NCBI GenBank assembly: GCA_052034235.1
Contig: JBPOIT010000011.1
Span: forward strand, 118,719-182,718
Direction of reading: 5' to 3'
Source of the DNA: Candidatus Levyibacteriota bacterium
GTDB lineage: Bacteria > Patescibacteriota > Microgenomatia > Levybacterales > UBA12049
DNA: 64,000 bases
Every line of letters begins with the position of its first letter. Positions within the stretch are counted from its first letter, which is position 1. The translations under genes were made by a program, and so were the position numbers. A model generated the notes under the pieces. The model worked only from the letters and a program-made list of their open reading frames with translations. It had not been told where the DNA came from and made no database searches. Of the stretch, positions 10,841 through 20,081 are shown piece by piece.

Positions 10841-10882
10841 TTAATGATTATAGCATTTTTTTAAAGTTGCAATGAAGGGATT

Positions 10883-11434
10883 TTAGATTTGAAGCAGTTC
10901 TTGCTCTTTTTGCTTGCCGATACTTTCTATTGTTTCGACAGAATCATCAACAAGACGCTGAACGTCTTTTTCTAAGCGTTTGATGTCATCCTCTCGACCT
11001 TCATACTCCTTCTTAATCGTATCATACGAGTCATGACGAACCTGTCGAACCATAATTTTTCCGTTTTCGAGTTTGTGTTTCATTGCTTTTATCAATTCCT
11101 GCCTGCGCTCTTGTGAGAGTGGTGGAATACTAATACGAAGCAAGTTGCCATCAATTGACGGATGAAAACCAACATTTGCTGCTTCTATGCCTTTTTGCAT
11201 TTCATGAATGATAGACATATCAAATGGAGTTACAGCAAGTGTTTGATTGTCCGTAATTGAAATAGTAGCAAGTTCCATAACCTTAAGTTTGGTTGTGCCA
11301 CCATAAACATTAACAGTGATATTTTCAACAAGTGACGGGGTTGCGCGGCCGGTGCGGATGGTCGAGAGATCTCCCTTGAGTATCTCTAAGACTTTATCAA
11401 TCTTTTTCTTTATGTCTGCGACAAATGGATCCAT
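10883..11434 (-). CDS. frr: Ribosome recycling factor
   Basis: 183 aa with a typical RRF pattern (…VNVYGG…LRISIPPLSQERRQEL…). Confidence 0.9.
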   Translation of the reverse strand: MDPFVADIKKKIDKVLEILKGDLSTIRTGRATPSLVENITVNVYGGTTKLKVMELATISITDNQTLAVTPFDMSIIHEMQKGIEAANVGFHPSIDGNLLRISIPPLSQERRQELIKAMKHKLENGKIMVRQVRHDSYDTIKKEYEGREDDIKRLEKDVQRLVDDSVETIESIGKQKEQELLQI

Positions 11435-11437
11435 AAA

Positions 11438-11893
11438 TTAGATCTCGTATCTTACGAATTTTTTAATAGCGATGTTCTCACCGAGTTTGCCGATTGCATT
11501 CTTTACAAGTTTTTCTATCGTCAAACTACCGTCTCTAATATATTCCTGTTTAAGCAAACTGTCAACATCTGAAGGATTCATTGCTGCAATTTGCATAGCA
11601 ACTTCTTTTGCAAGATGTTTGAATTCGTCTGTTTTTGCAACGAAATCTGTTTCACATAGAATTTCTATCATCACACCAACTTTGCCGCCGCCGTGAATGT
11701 ATGCTTCGATAAGTCCCTGACCGGTTTCTCTGTCTGCTTTCTTTGCTGCAATTTCTTCGGAGCGCTTTTTAAGAAGCTCAAGTGCTGCCTTTTCATTTCC
11801 CTCTGCCTCATCAAGAGCACGTCTGATATCTGCGATTGACGCAGCTGTTTCATCTCTGAGTTTTTTAAGTGCTTTTAAATCAATTTGTGACAT
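11438..11893 (-). CDS. tsf: Elongation factor Ts (short form)
   Basis: 151 aa with an N-terminal UBA-like LRxxTxxSxxDxxxAL motif and GKVGVMIEILCETDFVA. Confidence 0.85.
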   Translation of the reverse strand: MSQIDLKALKKLRDETAASIADIRRALDEAEGNEKAALELLKKRSEEIAAKKADRETGQGLIEAYIHGGGKVGVMIEILCETDFVAKTDEFKHLAKEVAMQIAAMNPSDVDSLLKQEYIRDGSLTIEKLVKNAIGKLGENIAIKKFVRYEI

Positions 11894-11931
11894 ATATTTT
11901 AAGAATAAAGAATTATGATTTAAGAATCAAG

Positions 11932-12789
11932 TTACTTCTTTTTCTCAGTTTTTGAAGCTGGTTTTGATTCTTGCGTTTTTTCAACTTTTTTCTCTGCTGG
12001 TTTGGCTGCTGCTTTTTCTTCTTTTGCTTTTTCTTTTTCTTTGGCTTTTTCTTCTTTGGCTGCCTCTGCTGCTGCTCCTTTTCTCATTTGTTCTTTTCCT
12101 TCAATCCATGCATCTAATATATAAGAAACAATGAGTTTCAAACTGCCGACTGCATCGTCATTTGCTGGGATTGGGTAATCAATAATTGTTGGATCCGCAT
12201 TTGTATCTGTGATACCAATTGTTGGGATACCCATTCTCTTTGCTTCATGTGATGCAACTCTTTCCTCATGTGTATCAATAATAAATAATGCATCAGGAAC
12301 TTTGGTTAAATCTGCTGCATTGCCATAAAATCCAAGCAGCTTTTGGCGTTCCTTTTCCCATTCACCAATTTCTTTTTTGGTGTATTTGGATTTCTCATAA
12401 TCATTTTGAAGTTTTTCGGTCAAATCTTTAAGGCGCTTAAAGTTCTTTGATACTTCTGAGAAATTGGTAAGTGTTCCACCAATCCAGCGTCTGGTCACAA
12501 AATGAATACTTTCTGTGTTGGCATCTTTTACCCGTTTAATTTCGTCACGAAGTAAACCTTCTGCCTGTCTTTTAGTTCCAAGAACGAGCAACGTTCCACC
12601 GTTTTTGGCAAGCTCTTTCGTAAATTTACCTGCATCTTCGAGGCCTTCTTTGGTTTTTTCCAAATCAATGATATGAATACCATCACGAGCTTCAAAAATA
12701 TACTCGCGTGCTTTGGGGTTTTGGCGGGTTACCTGATGGCCAAAATGGCATCCGGCTTCCAATAATTCTTCAAGAGTAATTGTTTTCAT
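11932..12789 (-). CDS. rpsB: 30S ribosomal protein S2 with a Lys/Ala/Glu-rich C-terminal tail
   Basis: Has LLEAGCHFGHQ and a typical S2 core. The start is probably MKTITL (12789). There is a low-complexity KEKAKEEKAA tail. Confidence 0.9.
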   Translation of the reverse strand: MKTITLEELLEAGCHFGHQVTRQNPKAREYIFEARDGIHIIDLEKTKEGLEDAGKFTKELAKNGGTLLVLGTKRQAEGLLRDEIKRVKDANTESIHFVTRRWIGGTLTNFSEVSKNFKRLKDLTEKLQNDYEKSKYTKKEIGEWEKERQKLLGFYGNAADLTKVPDALFIIDTHEERVASHEAKRMGIPTIGITDTNADPTIIDYPIPANDDAVGSLKLIVSYILDAWIEGKEQMRKGAAAEAAKEEKAKEKEKAKEEKAAAKPAEKKVEKTQESKPASKTEKKK

Positions 12790-12936
12790 AGTTATTCCCT
12801 TAAACATCCACCTGAACTCTGTAAAAAGACAGGGAATAAATTCAGATGTGTAAGATAGTAGCTATTATAGCATCTCTACTGCTATCTTGACAAGCATGTG
12901 TATTTTAATTACGCTAAATTCATTCCTCATATAATT

Positions 12937-13377
12937 ATGAAAAAGAAACCTGTCCGAAAAGTAATCAAGCATAAAAAATATAATAGAGGCGCACTTGGAG
13001 CAGGAATGGCTTATGCGATACTCGCAATGCTTGTTATTGTAGCTGCTGGAACAACAATGATTGGAAGTATCGTCCCTAACGGTAAAGGCGATGGTGGTAT
13101 GCCAGTTGTAGTCATGACACACTCTCCAAATGGACAAAAGAATAATCTTCAACTAGAGACATTTCCTGGCGCTACATACACACCGACACCAACGCCAACA
13201 GCAACGCCAACACCAACAGATCCCCCACCTCCACCAAATTCAGGCGGCGGCGGCGGTGGTGGCAATAATGCTCCTGATAAAGGTGGTGGAAGTGCACCAG
13301 CTGGACCAGGCATTGGTTATTCACCAATGGACAGTATCGGAGCATTTCTTCTTGCAATTACAGGAAAATCTGAATAA
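12937..13377 (+). CDS. Small hypothetical membrane protein with Thr-Pro and Gly-rich tracts
   Basis: Has a basic N-terminus (MKKKPVRKVIKHKKY), one TM segment, then PTPTPTATPTPT and GGGGGGG tracts. It is paralogous at the N-terminus and promoter to gene 38346. Confidence 0.5.
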   Translation: MKKKPVRKVIKHKKYNRGALGAGMAYAILAMLVIVAAGTTMIGSIVPNGKGDGGMPVVVMTHSPNGQKNNLQLETFPGATYTPTPTPTATPTPTDPPPPPNSGGGGGGGNNAPDKGGGSAPAGPGIGYSPMDSIGAFLLAITGKSE

Positions 13378-13382
13378 TAATT

Positions 13383-14528
13383 ATGGCAGACGAACTTAAA
13401 ATTGGTCCGGCAAAGACTAACCCCGATAAATCAGAAGATACAAAATCAGCAGGCACCCATTATTCTCCTGATGCCCCGGATGCTGACGTGGAATCACGCG
13501 CTGGCGTTGGGCAGGCTGGAAGAACTGCTACAGGTCCTAGTGCGCCCTTGCATCATCTCAAAGGAGCTAAAATCAGCGGTCGCCCAAATCGTGGCACAAT
13601 ATCACCTGGAATAGGTTATCTGTATGTTTTAGGAGCAATGTTTATGATGATTGGTGCGGGCACACTTCTGAGCGGTGGATTCGTACCTGTTGATCCGAAT
13701 GGACCTGGAGGCCCACCAACACTTGACCCATATTTTAATCCGGAAGACTACGGCGAACAAAAAAAGATTTACCCTAGCAACGCAAATAGACCTGAAGATA
13801 ATAATCTTCAGCTTAAGACGTTTAAAGTGAATACCTGCGGTCAAAAAACTGCAATTGATTTTCTTATCGACACATCTGGATCGATGCAATACGACGGCAA
13901 AGTTGGAAAACAAAAAACGGCCTTGAAAGCCATAGTCAAAAAATTGACAGCAAAGTCAGTCGTCGGCATCCACACATTTAGTAAAAGTGCAAAAGAAGAA
14001 GTTCCCATGGGACTATATAAAGACAATAAGGCTGATATTGATAAAACAATTGAGAGTCTGAAACCAGATGGTTGGACAACAACACGAGAAGGTTTTAGTT
14101 TGGTAAAACAAAAACTGACTGAATTAATTACTGCAGATAAATATCCCGGATACAGCTATGCAGTCATTTTATTAACTGATGGAATCCCAGAGCAACCAGC
14201 GCCAAGAACATGTTTCCCTGATAATAGTTTCCAGCCGTTTGACCCGCAATATCAGGCGAACCGCTGTTTCTCAATTGAACAGGATCCAAGAAAACCAACC
14301 GATTTAGCAGGAGATTTGAAATCGATGGGTGTCAAAGTCTATTCAGTTGGTATTTTTAGCCAAACAACAACTGATAAGCTGTTTTATCCTCACTTAAGTG
14401 GGATGCTTAAAGACGTCGCCTCAGGACCTGGAGAGCCTTATTATTATGAAAGTATTGAGGGTGGAAACCTGGAAAAAATTCTTAACGACGTGCTGAATCA
14501 AATTTGTGAAGAACAAGGTGCTATTTAA
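13383..14528 (+). CDS. von Willebrand factor type A (VWA) domain protein with N-terminal TM
   Basis: Has a MIDAS motif (DTSGSM) and a later LLTDG segment. Confidence 0.7.
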   Translation: MADELKIGPAKTNPDKSEDTKSAGTHYSPDAPDADVESRAGVGQAGRTATGPSAPLHHLKGAKISGRPNRGTISPGIGYLYVLGAMFMMIGAGTLLSGGFVPVDPNGPGGPPTLDPYFNPEDYGEQKKIYPSNANRPEDNNLQLKTFKVNTCGQKTAIDFLIDTSGSMQYDGKVGKQKTALKAIVKKLTAKSVVGIHTFSKSAKEEVPMGLYKDNKADIDKTIESLKPDGWTTTREGFSLVKQKLTELITADKYPGYSYAVILLTDGIPEQPAPRTCFPDNSFQPFDPQYQANRCFSIEQDPRKPTDLAGDLKSMGVKVYSVGIFSQTTTDKLFYPHLSGMLKDVASGPGEPYYYESIEGGNLEKILNDVLNQICEEQGAI

Positions 14529-14544
14529 ACTCTAGAAACATTAT

Positions 14545-15867
14545 TTAAGGAACGGGGAACTTCGCACACAGTAATTTTACTTCTTTTGCGATAGCGACAA
14601 GGTTTTTATTTTTTTCAATTGCGGCGCGATATTCCTTCATAAGTTCGGCTCGTTTTACTTTGTCATCCTTTGGTAATTCCATACCTTCAACTTCCTTAAT
14701 TGCTTTGTCGTACCAAACTGCAACTTTTTTCATCTCGCGCTCTTTCATGCCGCGGGTTGTGATTGCTGGTGTACCCAGCCTTATACCAGATGCAAAAAGA
14801 GGCGGCATATCATCTCCCGGAACACCGTTATAATTCAGCACAATCCCCGCTTTTTCAAGCGCAATCGCAGCGACACGACCATTTACCTTTTTATTTCTGA
14901 GATCAAGAAGAATTAAATGATTATCTGTTCCACCACTGACGACTTTAAAACCAAGTTTTTTAAGTTCTTCAGCGAGTGTTGCTGCATTGGCAACAACTTG
15001 TGCACCGTATTTTTTAAACGAAGCGGTACTTGCCTCTTTTAAGGCAACGGCAATCGCTGCTGTTTGGTTGTCATGTGGTCCACCTTGAAGACCAGGAATG
15101 ATTGCTGTTTCAATCTTTTTCGGAAGATCTGGGTTTTTCTTAAGTCCTTTTTCTGTCACCATAATCATCGCACCTCGTGGTCCACGAAGTGTCTTGTGTG
15201 TTGTTGTGGTAACAATGTGCGCATATTGAACTGGTGATGGATGAACTCCTGCAACAATAAGTCCGGTGATGTGAGAGATATCAGCCATCAGATAACAATC
15301 TGCTTTCTCTGCAATTTGTGCAAATTTCTTAAAATCAACTTTTCGTGAGTATGCTGTAAAGCCACAAATAAGCAGTTGTGGTTTTTCTTTCATGACAGCT
15401 TTTTCAATTAAGTCGTAATCAAGTTTTTCATTTGCACCGAGTTCGTAATGCGCAAACTTAAATAATCTGCCTGATAATCCTAATTTGTGACCATGCGTGA
15501 TATGTCCACCCATAGCCAGTGACAATCCCATGATTTTCTGCCCATTTTCAAGTGTTGCGAAATAGACAGCGGAATTTGCAGGGGAACCTGAAAGCGGCTG
15601 AACATTGACATAAGGAACACCAAAAAGTTTTTTTGCTCGTTCTTGTGCTAGTGATTCAACGGAATCCGCAACGGCGTTTCCCTGATAGTATCGTTTGCCT
15701 GGGAATCCTTCTGAATATTTATTGGTCAATACTGTGCCGAGAGCTTCCATAACAGCTTGAGATGTGTAATTCTCTGAGGGGATCATTTCGAGGACTTCTT
15801 TCTGCCGTTTTTCCTCTTGTTTAACAAGTTCGTAAATTTGCGGATCGACTTTTTTCAGATTCTTCAT
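14545..15867 (-). CDS. glyA: Serine hydroxymethyltransferase
   Basis: 440 aa with typical SHMT motifs (…GGHLTHG-like HITHGHK, TTTTHKTLRGPRG). Confidence 0.9.
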   Translation of the reverse strand: MKNLKKVDPQIYELVKQEEKRQKEVLEMIPSENYTSQAVMEALGTVLTNKYSEGFPGKRYYQGNAVADSVESLAQERAKKLFGVPYVNVQPLSGSPANSAVYFATLENGQKIMGLSLAMGGHITHGHKLGLSGRLFKFAHYELGANEKLDYDLIEKAVMKEKPQLLICGFTAYSRKVDFKKFAQIAEKADCYLMADISHITGLIVAGVHPSPVQYAHIVTTTTHKTLRGPRGAMIMVTEKGLKKNPDLPKKIETAIIPGLQGGPHDNQTAAIAVALKEASTASFKKYGAQVVANAATLAEELKKLGFKVVSGGTDNHLILLDLRNKKVNGRVAAIALEKAGIVLNYNGVPGDDMPPLFASGIRLGTPAITTRGMKEREMKKVAVWYDKAIKEVEGMELPKDDKVKRAELMKEYRAAIEKNKNLVAIAKEVKLLCAKFPVP

Positions 15868-15914
15868 CAGAAAGACATGTTCAATATACCTTATAAAGAC
15901 AACCTTTGCAACTA

Positions 15915-16397
15915 CTATTTTTCAAGAGTCAGAAAAGTATACTGATATCCATCCCCTTCTTTTTCTTCTTTCTCTACGACTTTTGAATAAGCACCATAGT
16001 CAGGGAAAAACGTGTCAGCGTCATAATCGCCTTTAACAACCGTCAAATAAATTCGATCAACCAAACCTTTTTCGATTGATTCTTTAAATAATTGACCACC
16101 ACCGAAAATGAAAATCTCATTGTCTCCTGGTTTGCCCTGAGCTTTTTCAATCCCCTCTTCAAGTGAATGTGCAATTACGGCACCTTCAAATGTAAAATCG
16201 GTATTTCTAGTAACAATAATATTTGTTCGATTCGGAAGGACTCGACCAATTGAATCAAAGGTTTTTTTACCCATGATGATTGGATGACCGTTCGTGATTG
16301 TTTTTAATCTTTTGAAGTCTTCGGAGATTTTAAACAGCAGATCATTATTCTTTCCAATCCCCCGCTTTTCATCAACTGCAACTATTATACTTATCAT
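15915..16397 (-). CDS. folA: Dihydrofolate reductase
   Basis: 160 aa with MISIIVAVDEKRGIGKNNDL…IMGKKTF. Confidence 0.85.
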   Translation of the reverse strand: MISIIVAVDEKRGIGKNNDLLFKISEDFKRLKTITNGHPIIMGKKTFDSIGRVLPNRTNIIVTRNTDFTFEGAVIAHSLEEGIEKAQGKPGDNEIFIFGGGQLFKESIEKGLVDRIYLTVVKGDYDADTFFPDYGAYSKVVEKEEKEGDGYQYTFLTLEK

Positions 16398-16400
16398 AAT

Positions 16401-17390
16401 TTACGCGGCCATTTTGCCGGTTTTGGGATCATACAGACCTCCAGCGACAGTGAGTTCTGCTTTGAGCATTGGATATGGATCATAATTTTCAAGTGTTACG
16501 TGTTCTGGTCTGAAATCGTCAAGTTTCTTGACGGATTTGTCGATTGAAATGGTTGGAAACTCGCGTGGTTTTCTTTTTAATTGTTCCTTTGCCTGTTCAA
16601 TATGATTCTCATAGATATGGACATCACCAAAGGTATGCACAAATTCTCCAGGTTCCAACCCTGCAACGCGCGCTAAGATAATCGTAAGTAAAGCATAACT
16701 TGCAATGTTAAACGGCACGCCGAGGAAAATATCTGCACTTCTTTGATAGAGCTGGAGTGAAAGTTTGCCGTTACGATTTGAAATCTGATACATATTGTGG
16801 CAAATTGGGAAACGAGAAGCGTCTTCATGTGTTGCCATAGTATAGAGATACTCTGGATTCCAGGAATTTACAATTAAATTCTTAGCATCAGGATCATCTT
16901 TCATTTCCTGAAGGACAAATTTTAACTGATCTACTGTTCTCCCCTTTTTGCGAGTTGGCCAATGTCTCCACATTTCTCCATAAATTCTGGGAAGATTACC
17001 ATACTTTTTGGCAAATCGTGGACTTGTGGCAATGTTATTTACAAATTCTTCTTGTGTGAGCGGTTCAACTTCCTTACTCTCTGCTTTTTTTGCATACATC
17101 TTAAACGGATATGCATCCCAAATGTGAACATTGTTATCAATTAGATATTTAATATTGGTTTGCCCTGACATAAACCAATACAATTCATGCAAAACACCTT
17201 TCCAATACACGCGTTTTGTCGTCAAAAGTGGAAATCCTTTAGAAAGATCATAACGAGTTTGGCGTCCAAACAAACTATACAAAACAATATCAGTTCCCCG
17301 ATCAACTTTACGCTCACCGTGATCAAGAATTTCTTGAAGTAAATCTAAATACTGATATTCGGGGTGTTTTAATGGGGATTTCATAAACAC
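16401..17390 (-). CDS. thyA: Thymidylate synthase (ThyA)
   Basis: Has the FPICHNMYQ active-site Cys region and a ThyA-like C-terminus. It is longer than usual at 329 aa. Confidence 0.85.
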   Translation of the reverse strand: MFMKSPLKHPEYQYLDLLQEILDHGERKVDRGTDIVLYSLFGRQTRYDLSKGFPLLTTKRVYWKGVLHELYWFMSGQTNIKYLIDNNVHIWDAYPFKMYAKKAESKEVEPLTQEEFVNNIATSPRFAKKYGNLPRIYGEMWRHWPTRKKGRTVDQLKFVLQEMKDDPDAKNLIVNSWNPEYLYTMATHEDASRFPICHNMYQISNRNGKLSLQLYQRSADIFLGVPFNIASYALLTIILARVAGLEPGEFVHTFGDVHIYENHIEQAKEQLKRKPREFPTISIDKSVKKLDDFRPEHVTLENYDPYPMLKAELTVAGGLYDPKTGKMAA

Positions 17391-17432
17391 ATTTATATAC
17401 CTTTTATAAAGAATGAATCAAGTAGTAAAAAA

Positions 17433-17972
17433 CTAAACCTGCTTTTCTTTTTTAGTTGCGGAGACTCTTCCGCCTTGCCATTGGCCTCGGTATTGGCTTC
17501 CTTCGCCTTTTATTTCGTGGAAGATGACGTGGACGAAGCGGGCGCCCATTTCTATTTCGACGGTGATTGGACCTTCGTTTTTAAGACCAAAGGTGAGTTC
17601 ACCTGAATATCCTGGTTGAATGGGGCCTGTTCTTAGGAAAAGACCTGAGCGGAATGTTGTCGTTCTTGGCAAGATTACTGCTGATAGCGTGAGTGGAAGA
17701 TTGATTTTTTCAATTGTCTTCACGAGATAGAAATCGCCAGGTTTTATTTTCATTACCTGCTTTTTCTTTTTGTTATATTCCATCACCGTTTCGATATCTG
17801 GTGTTTTTCTGTGGGTTTCGCCGAGGAATGCTTCACCTGAGATTTTTATCACTTCACCCAAACGCAGATCAAAACCTGATCCTTCAGGATTAGTAAGTTC
17901 TCGCTCGCTGAGACCATCAACGAGTTTTATTTTTTTGACAAGTTGTAATAATTCTTTTGGACCAAGTACCAT
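17433..17972 (-). CDS. dCTP deaminase/dUTPase superfamily protein (second paralog)
   Basis: 179 aa with a beta-barrel dUTPase-like signature (…GSGFDLRLGE…ILPRTTTFRSG…GPIQPGYSGELTF). Confidence 0.65.
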   Translation of the reverse strand: MVLGPKELLQLVKKIKLVDGLSERELTNPEGSGFDLRLGEVIKISGEAFLGETHRKTPDIETVMEYNKKKKQVMKIKPGDFYLVKTIEKINLPLTLSAVILPRTTTFRSGLFLRTGPIQPGYSGELTFGLKNEGPITVEIEMGARFVHVIFHEIKGEGSQYRGQWQGGRVSATKKEKQV

Positions 17973-17973
17973 A

Positions 17974-18651
17974 TTATTTTTTAATTTCTCCCAAAATCTT
18001 TTCCGTTACTTCGTCAACTGACTTTCTCGCATCAACAATAATAAGCTCTTTTGGAAATTCTTTTAACACCCATTGATACCCGTAAATTACTTTTTCCAGT
18101 TTTTTCTCGTCTTCGTAAATTTCCTCAGCACTGTCAGCCCGTTCAATCCTCTGCATCGCAACAGCGAGTGGCAAATCCAGATAAAACGTGTAATCAGGAA
18201 TGGTAAATTGATGATACATCGACAAGATACTTTGTGCAACCATATATCTATCAACTGTCGCACGATTTGGCTCTTCTTCTTTGTCTAAAATGCCATACGG
18301 AATCGCTGACCAAAAACATCTGTCCGAAATGACAACATCTCCTTTTTCAAGCGCTGGCAGAATCAGTTCCTTGTGATGCATCTCACGATCTGCTGAAAAG
18401 AGATATTGAAACGCAACTGATGGGACTTTGGTTTTGCCAAGGAGAATTTGTTGAATGAGTTTTCCAATCAAACCTTCATCCTTACGTGGCTCACGAGTTT
18501 TTATGACCTTTCTCCCCTGCTTTTGGAAATATTCAGCTAAAAGATCTACTTGGGTCGTCTTTCCGCTTCCGTCTATACCTTCAATTGCAATATATAAACC
18601 TTCGGTTTTATTGCGCTTAAAATCAATATCAAATTCGATATGGTACTTCAT
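17974..18651 (-). CDS. tmk: Thymidylate kinase
   Basis: P-loop IEGIDGSGKTTQ with a DRC-like lid. Confidence 0.85.
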   Translation of the reverse strand: MKYHIEFDIDFKRNKTEGLYIAIEGIDGSGKTTQVDLLAEYFQKQGRKVIKTREPRKDEGLIGKLIQQILLGKTKVPSVAFQYLFSADREMHHKELILPALEKGDVVISDRCFWSAIPYGILDKEEEPNRATVDRYMVAQSILSMYHQFTIPDYTFYLDLPLAVAMQRIERADSAEEIYEDEKKLEKVIYGYQWVLKEFPKELIIVDARKSVDEVTEKILGEIKK

Positions 18652-18671
18652 GGGCTGGAATGAGAGACCGT

Positions 18672-19277
18672 TTATTTTTCTTCGTGAATTCTGCTCTCTT
18701 CAGGAGCTTGTTGGAATTTATACTTGGCAAATTTTTTGCTCGTGTAAGGCACATCTGCTGGGGTTGATAATTCTTCAAACGTCATCGCACAAATTCGCAT
18801 ACCAACGGTGAGCTTGATAGCCATTCGTCCCAAGTTGCCAAGTTCCAAAACTGGTTTTCCATCCCAGCCTGGATCAAAAATTGAAGCGGTTGAATGAACA
18901 ACAAGTCCCAAACGTCCGAGTGACGATCGCCCTTCAAGACGACCCATGAGTGTTGGTGGAATTGTTACAGACTCAAGCGTTACAGCTAGCACAAAATCTC
19001 CCGGTTGCATAATAAAACTTCCGTCTTTTTCTACTTTAATGACTTTGGTGATTTCATTACTGTAATCTTTCTTTGCTGGATCAATGTAGGGGTATTTACT
19101 GTAATCAAAAACTCTAAAGGTATTTCCAAGACGCAAATCGATAGAACATGCTCCAAGCTGCTTATCGAAGTCAGGAGCGGGCTTGATGACGATTCGCTTT
19201 TCTTTAAGGGCTTTTTTAATATCTCTGTCTGACAAAACCATATCATAGATATTATCAAACAATTGAGCAATTGACAA
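18672..19277 (-). CDS. dcd: dCTP deaminase
   Basis: 201 aa. The N-terminus (MSIAQLFDNI…SDRDIKKAL…GACSIDLRLG) and C-terminus are typical of Dcd. Confidence 0.8.
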   Translation of the reverse strand: MSIAQLFDNIYDMVLSDRDIKKALKEKRIVIKPAPDFDKQLGACSIDLRLGNTFRVFDYSKYPYIDPAKKDYSNEITKVIKVEKDGSFIMQPGDFVLAVTLESVTIPPTLMGRLEGRSSLGRLGLVVHSTASIFDPGWDGKPVLELGNLGRMAIKLTVGMRICAMTFEELSTPADVPYTSKKFAKYKFQQAPEESRIHEEK

Positions 19278-19309
19278 TTAACAGTTATGTATACTACGCT
19301 GATTGAGAC

Positions 19310-20017
19310 ATGAACAAACTCAAAAACCTGCTTCTGACTGCTTCATTACTACTCTGCGGGTTATTTATTGTGCAACCAGTACATGCTGCGTCATACACGA
19401 TGTTTGGGGTCTCAAATATTCCTGACGGCCTCCCAACAGGATGGACCAATAAATCAATTTTTAATGGTGTTAACACATGTAATATTATTGACACAGAACA
19501 GGTCTATGCAGGAACGCATTCACTTTCCTGTATTGCAAGCGGACCTTTTGAATTTGCATCATTTACTTCCCCCACACTTATTAATGTTGACGCCTATACA
19601 TATCTTAATTTTTATGCCAGTGCATCACAGGATGGACAGCGCTACGAAATAGGATTTGTGGATACCTCAGGTGCCAAAATTGGCACATGGGTCGCACTCA
19701 ATACAGGAGGCGGTCCGTTGCAGGCAAAACGTTTTCAACTATACAGCTTCCCTTTAACGGTATTTGGATTACCAACACCAACTATTGGCGGTTTTGGTCT
19801 AAAGGATTCAAATGGAGCTCCTCAGCCGAAAGTATTTTTTGACGAAGTGCAGCTTTCAGATGCGCCGGGGACACCAGCTGTCGTAAATCCAGTATTGGGA
19901 CAACCTGCAACTCCAACACTCGTTCCAAAACCAAAAGGACCTTATTATCCCAATATTTCTCCATGGGTGTTTATTATTCCAGCCATTATTATCATGCTGG
20001 CAATCTTCTTTGAATGA
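19310..20017 (+). CDS. Secreted protein with a carbohydrate-binding-module-like beta-sandwich and a C-terminal TM anchor
   Basis: Has a signal peptide (…VQPVHAAS), a CBM-like end (…VFFDEVQLS), a Pro/Thr linker, and a terminal hydrophobic segment (VFIIPAIIIMLAIFF). Confidence 0.45.
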   Translation: MNKLKNLLLTASLLLCGLFIVQPVHAASYTMFGVSNIPDGLPTGWTNKSIFNGVNTCNIIDTEQVYAGTHSLSCIASGPFEFASFTSPTLINVDAYTYLNFYASASQDGQRYEIGFVDTSGAKIGTWVALNTGGGPLQAKRFQLYSFPLTVFGLPTPTIGGFGLKDSNGAPQPKVFFDEVQLSDAPGTPAVVNPVLGQPATPTLVPKPKGPYYPNISPWVFIIPAIIIMLAIFFE

Positions 20018-20081
20018 TTGATGCTTGACACCGCGATGACCCTTCTATTACGATTAAAGTACGCGCACTTAGACGTTATTT

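Noticed and set aside
11952-12134. 60-aa Leu/Phe-rich plus-strand ORF
   Set aside because: It is the antisense reading of the low-complexity Lys/Ala/Glu tail of rpsB, which is a composition artefact.
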